From positions 1,364,001-1,428,000 of the forward strand of contig JAAOMT010000295.1 in assembly GCA_016748015.1 (NCBI GenBank): a stretch of DNA of 64,000 nucleotides. The letters run 5' to 3'. Origin of the DNA: Geosiphon pyriformis uo1 (taxonomy: Eukaryota; Fungi; Glomeromycota). The notes below the pieces were generated by a model. That model worked only from the letters and a program-made list of their open reading frames with translations, made no database searches and was not told the origin of the DNA. Of this stretch, positions 53,801 through 64,000 are shown piece after piece; within the stretch, counting starts at the first letter, position 1; each line of letters starts with the position of its first letter. The position numbers were made by a program, and so were the translations under genes.

Positions 53801-56249
53801 TAATTCAATTATTACAATAATAAATTCATTAAGAAAAAAATAAACCAAATGAAAAATCTTAGATTTATACAAAAAACCAAGAGTAAATAGGTCTTTCTAA
53901 TTATAATAATATTCAAAAAAAGTGGAACTTTATACTTTTGTATTAAGTACTGCCAATTAAATGTTATTACTAAAAAAAACATATACTTATTTTTCAAGAT
54001 TAATGCAATGTTAAATCAATTTAATAATACTGCTTTCTTTTCAATTATTAATTTAACTACTGAATTCTGGTAAGTAGAAATGAATTCAGAAAGCAAAAAG
54101 AAAACTGCTTTAATTACCAAATATGACACTTACAAATTTACAATTATGTTTTTTGGTCTTACCAATATTTTTTATACTTTTTAATACTTAATAAACAAAG
54201 TATTTGAATTAGTAAAAGAAAATTTTGTTCTAGTTTATTTGAACAATATAATAATATACTCAAAAACTTGGAATAAATATATTAAATATTTGCAAAAAAT
54301 TTTTGATCTGCTTAGAAATACTGGCTTTAATATCAACTCAATTAAATCTTTTTTTGAATATTAATTTACTCAATTTTTTGGTTATTTTATTACAAAAAAT
54401 AAATTTTTTCTGATCCAATCAAGATTGAAAAGTTCAGAATATTAAACAACCAATAAATATACATAAACTATGCTTTTTTCTTGGTTTAGTTTCTTATTAT
54501 TGCAAATTTTTTAAGAATTTCTTTAAAATTACCTCTTTTTTTAATTAGCTATTCAGAAAAAATAGTAATTACTACTGAAATACATATTAACAAAAAGCAT
54601 TTAAAACTCTAAAAAAAAATTGATTACAGAATCTATTCTCAAGCAATCTAATCTAAATCAATTTTTTATTCTCTATACTAATATATTTGGCTATAAACTT
54701 GATACTGTTTTCTCACAAAAAAATAAAGATAACAAAAAATATGCTATAGCATATATCAATAAAAAGAATTTGGAACACAAATAAATAACTTGCTAAATAT
54801 TTTACTTAAATAAATTTGATTATAATATATATTATCACAAAAGAACTAATTATCAAAACACTAATGCTCTCTTTAGATTTATTACTAAGTAATAGTACAA
54901 TTTTTAAAAACCAAACCAACTTAATTATTAGTAACTCTCTTTTAACCAAACACAATAATAAATTTGGACAACTATTTTGTACTAATAGAATTTTTAGATA
55001 AAAAACAATATCTATTAGAATATACTTAATAGCAAAAAGAACATTTGTAAAAACAATTAAATTTTTATTTGATTTATCAAAACCAATTATATAAAAAAAA
55101 TAAAAAATATTATGACTACTTCCAAAGAGTTATTAGATTTAAAGAAAGAGAAATTGTGATTTATAACAGCATATTAACTTATTAGTTAAACACTTTAGAA
55201 AAACAAAAACAATTTAAAAAACTCTAATTCATTATTATTAGTCTACTTTGGAAAAAAACATTGCTGATTACATCAAAACCTGTAATATATGCCAAAAAAA
55301 AAGATATTCATTCAATTTTTGTTAATTAATTATTTGATAGAATTGGTATAAATATTGTTAAATCTTTAATAATAACTCCTAATAATAACAGATATATTAT
55401 CATAGCTACTGATTATTTTACAAAATAAATAGAAGTAAAAGCTATCTCAGATTAAACAACAGTTTCAATAGTTAATTTCATATATAAAGATATTGTTTGT
55501 TATCATAGTTGCTCAAAAAAACTTTTATCTAATAAAAAAAAAGTTTTTTTTAGTACACTAGTTAAAAAACTTTGTAGAAAAATAAGAATACATTATAAAT
55601 TTTTTTCTTTTTATTACTCTTAAACAAATGATCTAGTGAAATGTTTTAATAAAACACTATGTGAAATTCTAACCAAAATTAATAAAAAACAAATTTATAA
55701 GACAAAATACTGTCTTTAGCTTTGTTTACTTATAAAATTGTAAACTATGATATAATAAGTTATAAATCTTTTTATCTGCTTTATAAATAAATAACAACTT
55801 TACTAATAAAAACAAATATTGAAACAATACTTTTTAAAGAAATTACAATAGAAAATTACAAAGATATTTTGCAAAAAAAACTTAGTATTATTCTTGATTT
55901 CTTAATAAAAACATAAATAATTGTCTTTAAAAAAATAAAACAGTTCTAAAAAAAGCTTAAGAAAAAAAAATCTTATAAAACACTTTTTTTAAGTATTAGT
56001 AACTAAGTTTTAGAATACTACTTAGACAAAGACAATATTTATAATAATAAATTTTCTAGTTAATGGAAAGAATTTTTTATAGTTAATAAAGTTTAAACAA
56101 TAATTTTTATATCTTACAAGATTAATATAAAACAATCTTTAATAATTATTTTGTTTATGACACATAACTTAAAAAATATTACAAACAACTTGATTAGTTA
56201 TCTGTTGTGGTAATACTAATTCAAATAATTAACAAAAATCAGAAATAAA

Positions 56250-56895
56250 TAAAAATATCATTCTCAAAACAGAAATATTTTTAATTAATATAAACAATTA
56301 TTTCCTGGATTAAAACATTCAAAATGCTTTTTATAGTTTTCATAAGTATTAAATCAAAAATTATTCAAATATTATCTTAACTATTGAAAAACAGATAACT
56401 ATAATTAATAACAATAAAGCATATACTATTATTAAATCAAAGAAAACTACTACCAAAAAAGAAAAAATTAATAACAAAATAGATAAATATATGCTTGAAA
56501 ACATAACAGCAAGCATACTATTATCTTCTAATACACTTGAAAAACAATTAAAAAATTTTGCTCATAAACATAAATTTGTTATATAAAGAACAACTAAAGC
56601 TCTATAATCAACTTAATAAAATCATAGAAAACATAAAACTTATAAAAAACAACTTTAAAGATATAAATAAAAATTCTAGATATTATATAGTCAAATGTCC
56701 TAAAAGCTTTAACTATTGCTAAAAAAGCCAAAACTCTTATACAAAGATTGGTTTTTTATATACAAAGCTTATTTCATTTCAAATATTATATACTTTATTT
56801 ACAAAAAACTTAATAAACTAGTTAGTTTCAAATTAAATAGAACTTTTTAATTAAATTATCTTATAAATAGCTTGATTTTGCCAAAGTTTAATCTT
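56250..56895 (+). pseudogene. ORF3-position remnant of E
   Basis: Between integrase end (~56225) and PPT. Contains KALTIAKKAKTLIQRL and ends DFAKV*. Start uncertain. Confidence 0.5.
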
Positions 56896-56915
56896 TTTAA
56901 AGAAGATAATATTAT

Positions 56916-57637
56916 TGAAATCTATAGTTTTTATTAATAATTACATATATTAATTACTAATATCATATAATTAGCCATTTTATTTTAAATAGTAATCAAT
57001 AATCTGATCATTAACTTAATTATTGATTTAATTAATAATCTGATCATTGACTTAATTATTAACTTGATTATTAACCTAATTAATAATCTAATTATTAACC
57101 ACTTTTAATAGCTATATAAGCAATAAATCTTTTAGTTATAGAAGAATATAATTAAAGTAACAAAATAAAACTTATTATTAATTTTTTTTTATATTGCTTA
57201 TTTTTTTTTCTCTACTTTTAAGTATTTAAACATTTTGAAATAAAAAATTACTTGTTGGTTTTTACATATCTTATTTTTTTTTTCTTAATTTGTATTATTA
57301 AAAATTAATCTAAAAAATAATTACTCGTTTTTGTAATTTATTAAATAAAAAAACAATTAAAAAGCATAATAATATTTGCTATTGATTCTAAAAATCACTA
57401 AGTTAAAGCATAGAATGATAGCAGTAGTATTATTTTGTTGACAATCACAGACTATTTTTCTATCTTTAAATTTTTAGAAAGAATTTACAACTGTGATTTA
57501 TATAAGACTAATTATGTACATTAAATTCTTATTTATTTAATTTGTTTTCTTATTATAATTTTTTTTTGATTAATTTTATTATTCTACAATTTTGTTCTTT
57601 TTTACTATTTATTAACTTGTTATTTCAATCTGTAATA
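56916..57637 (+). repeat. 3' LTR of E
   Basis: Direct repeat of 50160-50882. Confidence 0.92.
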
Positions 57638-58174
57638 ATAGTTTTTTAATCTTTGACTATATATGTTTCTAATATTAGTTTATATATAATTTTGTGCAAA
57701 AAATTTGTGTTTAAGAATTGGTTGATAGAAGCTAAGACTTTTTTTAAAAATATTAAACTTGTCATGTTTAGATTGATTAAGTTTGTTTAAGACTTGGCTA
57801 TTGATTATAGAAAATATATATAAATACATAATTTAAAGTTTTAAGTTAAAATAAATCATAAGAGTTTGTTAAATAAAGATGGTTTTATGTTTAATATTGT
57901 TTATATTTTTTCTGTTAAAGTTTCAAATAGTGTTGCTTGTTTATTAAAAATTGAAAAAACTCATGCTATTAATTTTAGATTAAAAGTTAATTATTTGTAT
58001 TTTGCAATTATAATTAGAAAAATTTCAATTAACATAATTGTATAGTGTTGTTTTAATTGGCTAAATGATTGATTATATCTAGTAAGTACATAAATTATAT
58101 TTAATTTAGAATTCTAGATAGTTGTATTATATTAAATAGTAATTAAGTTTTAATTATAAATTAATAAAAAAAAA

Positions 58175-58469
58175 TATATTATAATATACAAATAATTTAA
58201 GTTTTTTAAGCTTAAAAAAAGCATAATTAAATATTAGATTATTTTAAATATAGTTTTAAAAATTATATTAAATAAACAGTTTTATTATTTAGTTTTTATT
58301 ATTTTTTAGGTTATAATTAAATTTTATATTTAAATATATTTTGTAAACAAGTTTTTATATAAAAAATAAAACAATTTAATATTAAAAAATCAAAACAAAA
58401 ATTTGTTTATTAAAAATTTTTCTAAGTAAATTAATTTATTATTTATTATTATATATTATAAAAACTTTT
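58175..58469 (+). mobile_element. LINE0 continuation (post-RT region)
   Basis: LSFLSLKKA*LNIRLF..KQFYYLV..KTF, colinear with 59450-59740 of LINE3. Confidence 0.65.
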
Positions 58470-61400
58470 TATCTAATGAAAAGACTGTTGACTTGTCTGG
58501 TATTATGAATAAACTCTGGAAACATTGTGATATTTCAGTACTCATTATGCTTTTGGACATTTTGAATCTTTGTCTGATGTGTAAATTTGTTCCTCAATCA
58601 TAGAAAGAAGCTTGAATATTAATAATTCTTAAACTATATAAATAGAAGAATGTTTTGGCTAATATTAAACTTATTGTGTTGATTAAAACCACTTGTAAAA
58701 TTCTTTCCAAATTGCTATCCAACAGAATTTTTTTGGTTTATAATAAATTTGATGTTTTCTATAGTAACAATTTCTCTGTGTTGAAAAAAACTACAATCCA
58801 GTCTCCTATTTTTACTATTGATTCAGTAGTTGAAAATACTTTGAAAAAGAGCTATAAACTTTGGTTAGTCTTACAGAATATGTGAAAAGCTTGACTCAGT
58901 AGGTTGACAGCATTTGAGAAATAGTTTAATCTAAATCAAAATATATGAGCAGTTTATTTGATTCTTTAGAGGCATTTATAGTGACAGAGTGAATCAAATT
59001 ATGACTAATTATGATTTAACAGAAAAATACTATGTACATAATAGTCTGAACCAGAGTAGAGTTTTCTTTTTTCTGCTCTAGAGGATTTTTTATGACCCTT
59101 TATTGTATGAAGTTAAAAGACAGAAAAGTTTGTATGGCTATTATATTAATATTAGATTTGTTGCCAAAACTGGCAGACTGAAAATTCAAGGTGGTATGAC
59201 TTTATTTCTTGCAGCTGGGGCTTTTGTTGATGACACAATTTGGATTAAAAGCAGTTAAACAACTACTTAGTACATTTTAAATATTGTAAGTAGCTTTTTT
59301 AGAATTAATAATATTTTAATTAATAATAATAAAACAGTTGTTATTCTTATTAATTATAGAGTTAAGGACACTTCATTGTCAATAAGTGGTTTGCTAATTT
59401 CTATTGCTTATAAAGAGAAGTTTTATAGATATCTTGGTATTTTTTTATCTTCTAAGGACTTGTTCAAATCTAGTTTAGTAAAGGCTTATTTAAATGTCAG
59501 ATTTTTTGTTAATTTGGTTTTGAAAAAAAATATCTTGAATAAACAGTTCTTTTATTTGATATTAGCTATACTGTAATCTATAATTGGTTACAAAACTTAG
59601 TTTAATTTTATTTCTAAGAGTGTGTACATTAAGTGGGATATGCTAATTAGGAGAGATTTAAGGTTGAAAACTAGTTTGCCTAAAAATTTTCTCAATAAGA
59701 CTCTTTACCATTTTTTTCTGTATAACTTGAAATTATTCAAGCAGTTGTAGTCTAAATACAAGATGGCTTTTGTATTAAGTTTCTCAGATGCTAATAGGCT
59801 TATTGGTTGCTTATTTAGTCATAAGTTTTTAGACCTGCAAGTTCAAAGTTGGTCTTTTATTTATCCTTTGTGTTGTCTTGTGAAGTTGCATGTTAGTTCA
59901 ATTAATAATTTTTTGGCTAGTATAGTTAGATTTTTTTGAATTGTAATATGTTTTTTTATAATTTTTTTATGACTCTATTCTGTTTTTCTAGTGGCACTCT
60001 GATGTTTTTTGTTCTAGATAATTCATTGTTCTATAATGTTTTGCATTTATTCAAGAGGTTTGAAGTCACTTTCATTGAACAGTTGTATAATAAAAAGAGC
60101 TTAATATTTAATTGAAAGAGCTTTCATTATTGAAAAAAACTTGATTTAAGAGATCCAGTCTTCTGTTGATTCAATTTGGCATGTGATTTTTTGGTTAAGT
60201 CTTCTTTTTCAGCTGGTTTACCTACTATTGGCTCCCAGTTTTTGAATATTTGTGGTTCTAATAGTGTTTTTAAGTTAAGACAATGTCTTTCTGTCACTGA
60301 TTTGGGTGTTATCAGTGTCTATATGGATGAATCTTTGAGAGATTTGAGTATGCATAAGATAAGATGTGGTACAACTACATATTTTTCTGATTTAAATTTG
60401 AGTATTGACATTAAAGTTGATGGATTGGTGTTCTCTATTAGGGTAGAATTGCAGACTATTGTTCTGGCTTTGAAGTGTGTTTTTTCTGGCAGTTTTGTTG
60501 TAGTGTACTCAGACAGTTAGACTGCCTTGAATGCTTGTGCTGTTGAGTTTGTTTTGATTTTGCCAGACTTTTGCAATCATTGTTGGATGGAGTGGCATAA
60601 TGTTATGGCATTTATTAGAAATAAGAAGCTCTGCTAATGAGCTGACTGGCTTGGCTGCTGGTTTGAATTTTGTGCTTTTTGTTCTGATTAAAGATAGATT
60701 CATTAGGGCTGGTAAAGTGACAGTGTTTAAGAATATTCATCATTTTACTCAGAATATTTTTAGGGCTGTTTATTTTATTTATTAGAAAATTGAACCTGAG
60801 CTCTGACATTATTAACTGAAACATAGTTGGTGATATGAATTGAATTCATATTGCATCAGTTTGGCATCCTGATTTACACATGGCAGTTGGTTTTACAAGT
60901 AAATCTACAACAAGTTTGTATTCATATTTTATAAAGACTTTGCATTATTGTCTACCAATTACTATTCGGAAATGTCTATATAATAAAAAGTACTCCAATG
61001 TGTTATATTTTCATTGTAAAAATGTGGAAAGTTCTGACCATTTGTTTGTGTATGTATTTAATACTAAGGTTTATAAAAACTTGATTAGGTTTTATCTGTT
61101 TCAATGAGGTGTTTTATCAGATTTAAACTTGGCTTTATTTTGGATTTTGCAGATGTTTTTTTTATGTGCTTCTAATAATATTGTTTATATTGTTTTATAT
61201 AAGGGTTTTGTGTTCATAGATTGGTTTTTGGAGACCTTGTTCATTTTTGATGATGTCAAAATTGTTAATGAAAATGTTGTAAATTTTGTTTGAAACTTGG
61301 GAGTGGCTTACTATACTAATATATAGATAGTTTGGGCCAAGTATAAGACAATTGTAAAGAAAAAAAATCTGGTCATAAATAATAACTCAGTGTTGTCTGA

Positions 61401-61642
61401 GGTCTATAGTCTGTCATTTTTGCTTTCTGTTGGAGTTATTAGATTGCTTGATATTATTGAAATGCTTGGTGTTAGCTTTGGTTTTTGTAGGCCTTGTTGT
61501 TTTTTTTTGGTGTTAATAATACAATGTTTATTAAGATAGATTTGTAGTATATGATTTGTATCTAGTTTAGATTACTTAGTTTGATGTATTCTGCTAAGTA
61601 GTATTTGGATCTTACTCATTAAATAAATAAATAAAAAAAAAA
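58470..61642 (+). mobile_element. 5'-truncated LINE copy 3 (RT-RNaseH-CCHC), relatively young
   Basis: AAGAFVDDTIW intact at 59211-59243; RNase H VYMDESL ~60316; stop 61545-61547; (aaat)n plus poly(A) tail; TSD aaaaactttt (58460-58469 / 61638-61647). Confidence 0.92.
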
Positions 61643-61647
61643 CTTTT

Positions 61648-62650
61648 AAACAATTTTAAATTAAAAACAAATAAAGATTTAACAATTTATTACAGTTTTA
61701 ATGAATTATGTGATTTTAATATAAAAAATTAAAATAATAAAATTTTTAAATAAATTTAGTTTAAAAAATAGAAAAAACTTAAACTTATATAAAAATTTTT
61801 GTACTGGTTTTTTAAAAAACTTGAACATATTAATTTTATTTACTGTTTTTGTTTAATTTTTTTTTTATAAAAAAATATATAGTTAATTTAAAAAAATTTG
61901 TAGATGTTTTAAATGTTTTGGCTTTATTAAAAAAATATAACTTACAATTTTTCAATTAAATATTTTAATATAAAACAAATAATAAATAAAGCTGTTATTT
62001 ATTTTGTTAATATAAATAAGAAAATAAAAATAAATATAAAGAGTTTTTATGTTTTTAATATTTATTAAGCTATATATAATTGTTTTGATTTTGGTTATAA
62101 TGTTTAATTTTAATTATAACAGATAATTAATCTTTAATTAACATATATAAGTCTGAATTGTCTGGTTTTAAGCCAAATTTTAAGAACAAATATTGGATAA
62201 AAAAATGTTGTATTGTTATATTTGTTAAAAAAAGCATCTTTTTGTAACTTAAATTAAAGTTAAATACTATTTTATTATTTAAAAAAATAAAATAATTGAC
62301 AAATCGGTTAATAAAACTTCTTATTCAGAGTTTTAATTACATTTTATTGTGTATTTAAAATATTTGAAAGTATTTAATAAAGTTGTTGTTTTAAAAAATA
62401 TTGTGAATACTTTTTTAATTAGATATTGTTTGGCTGTACACATTATTAATATAACATTCAGACTTTTATTTTAGTTTTGCTTTTTTAGAAAGACTATAGC
62501 AGGTTTGCATACATATATTATAAAGTTATTTCATAGAAAATTGCCAGTTGTTGTTAAAAAAAGATTGTACAATTCATTTTATTCCAATGTGTTATATATT
62601 TGGTGTTGAATGTTTTAACTATTTATTTATGTGCTTGGAGAATTTTGTGG
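61648..62650 (+). mobile_element. LINE0 3' part (RNase H end and CCHC region), eroded
   Basis: Resumes KTF|KQF. IKVK motif ~62250; FHRKLPVVVKKRLY ~62530. Confidence 0.6.
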
Positions 62651-62829
62651 TAAAATGTAAGATTTTGAATTTTAAGCTATATTTAATTTTGAAATTAAAT
62701 ATTCAAAAAAAGCATAATATAAAATTTTTCAATTTTAACAATTATTATGATAATGATGAGTTGCAAAAAATCTTATTTATTTATTCAATTATATTCAATA
62801 AAAATTACTCAAAAAACAAGTAATTAATT

Positions 62830-64000
62830 AACAATGAGTAACGTAGGATAATAATTAATTTCCTTTTCTCGTTTGGCAAGAGGAATTCCTTAATGAATGA
62901 TGCATGCATCAATAATTACACTAATATCATTTATTACCTATATTCAGATCTGGTCTTGACATGTTTTCGAATAAAGAAATTTTCTTCTTACTTTAGAAAA
63001 CTGCCTTTCGACCGGATAGAATAGTAAAAGGCGAGTATTTCAATCTTAAACACTATCCGAAAAAGTAATTAGGAAGCCCTTAAAATAATTTTACAAATTA
63101 CCTTTGAAAATTTGAAACTTCCTTCGACCAAAGACTAGGTGTTTTTGATCTTCTCTTATCAATTTAATATGCTTGAATTTCTGCGTAACTTGAGCTAAAG
63201 TAAGAAAGAAAAACAAAAGAGAAATATAATCGGATTTACTGTTTAGTGGGATGCTCGTGCGCATATTTCATTTTTTTCAAACCAAAATTTCCTCGTCAAT
63301 AAATAATGCAAGATTTTATTTTCATATAATAATTAACACAATACCAAGACTACCAGTTCTCCTTTTCCACATATCAAGTAGCACCAAAATATATATTTCA
63401 CAGGCTAAACAAATACCATAAAAAAGGGATGGTTTGTTTCCTGTTTAGAGTAGAATTTTGCTTTGTTTGCCTTTTACGTTTGATCTCATTTATTTAAAGA
63501 TAATAATTCGGGCAATTTTATTAAAGTCCTTAAATTTTAATGCAGAATCCACTTTATCATTGCATTGAGGTTTGACATACAATCTTCGTATTTTTTGTTT
63601 TAATAAAAACCATGATTTCTATTTTGGATTTCGAGATATTCAGGGCTAATAGTATTTTTATTTGCATCGTAGATCAATTTTCTGGAAAGGAAACAAATCC
63701 CACACGCGAGTTTCAAATAATTATTAGCCGTTAGGTCGGAATAAAAACTGGGTGACAACTTCCCTTTATTTGATCATTGTAGCAATTTTCCTTTTTTCAA
63801 TTGATACAAAACTTTAAAACTAATTTGGTCTCCAGTAGCTGACTGGGTATCCTTTCTGTGCAGGATTGTTTTAACTGCAATCTCACCATGCACTATTCTT
63901 TTGTCTCTCGCACGTTCCAACACCAATCAGAAAATAGAATCAAGCTAAAAATAGGGTTCAAAATTTTCTTGGCATTCGAACACTAATGTACAAATTGGAA
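62830..64000. other. Apparently unique, non-hypermutated DNA (intergenic or gene-proximal)
   Basis: Higher GC with frequent CpG (cgaccgg, gctcgtgcgc, cacgcgag). No TE motifs and no ORF in the supplied track. Confidence 0.65.

Larger units (their letters stand above)
50160..57637 (+). mobile_element. Full-length Ty3/Gypsy element E (7.5 kb, third family, no dUTPase)
   Basis: LTRs 50160-50882 and 56916-57637. 5-bp TSD ataat/atagt. PBS tagtgctctctataaag at 50889-50905; PPT ~56899-56915; PR LILDN ~52876; RT YLNN ~54236; IN ATDYFTK ~55405. Confidence 0.93.
33997..58174 (+). mobile_element. Full-length LINE copy 2, interrupted by Gypsy D (in ORF1) and E (in ORF2 C-terminus)
   Basis: Pyrimidine-rich 5' end; ORF1 ATG 34114; ORF2 ~45885-58045 (VFVNNTI ~48174, RNase H IYINNS ~49274, CCHC ~50010); poly(A) 58166-58174; degenerate TSD. 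Confidence 0.85.

Noticed and set aside
3929-62823. Short ORFs in the supplied track as independent genes
   Set aside because: They are fragments, alternative frames or antisense shadows of decayed TE ORFs.
63774-63926. About 50-codon minus-strand frame (LVLERARDKRIVHGE...) as a host exon
   Set aside because: Short, with no recognisable motif or clear splice support. It cannot be assessed without the adjacent sequence or RNA data.
1-64000. AT-rich bacterial, endosymbiont or organellar origin
   Set aside because: Content is LTR retrotransposons and LINEs. The AT richness is secondary and limited to repeats.

Overview
Very AT-rich eukaryotic DNA. The element families and composition suggest an early-diverging, Glomeromycotina/Geosiphon-like fungus, but this is inference. 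From 1 to ~62.7 kb the window is almost entirely a nested cluster of decayed retrotransposons, and no intact host gene was recognised. It holds five Ty3/Gypsy LTR elements: A (1-5533, +, partial), B (10232-30233, -), C (15270-25407, -, nested in B and the best preserved), D (34836-44747, +) and E (50160-57637, +). It also holds five LINE copies or fragments of the ORF1 plus APE-RT-RNaseH-CCHC type, one hAT-type MITE (303-1260, 8-bp TSD) and an E-like LTR fragment. B, C and D have an unusual Pol layout: protease, multi-CxxC domain, dUTPase, degenerate dUTPase-like domain, RT, RNaseH, integrase. All five Gypsy copies carry a sense-strand third ORF of about 210 codons between integrase and the PPT. 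Repeats show near-exclusive C>T/G>A hypermutation in all dinucleotide contexts, which stops at ~62.8 kb where CpG-containing unique-looking DNA begins. Two Gypsy families inserted within 2 bp of the same position in two LINE ORF1 copies. All comparisons were made by eye, so internal domain coordinates are approximate.
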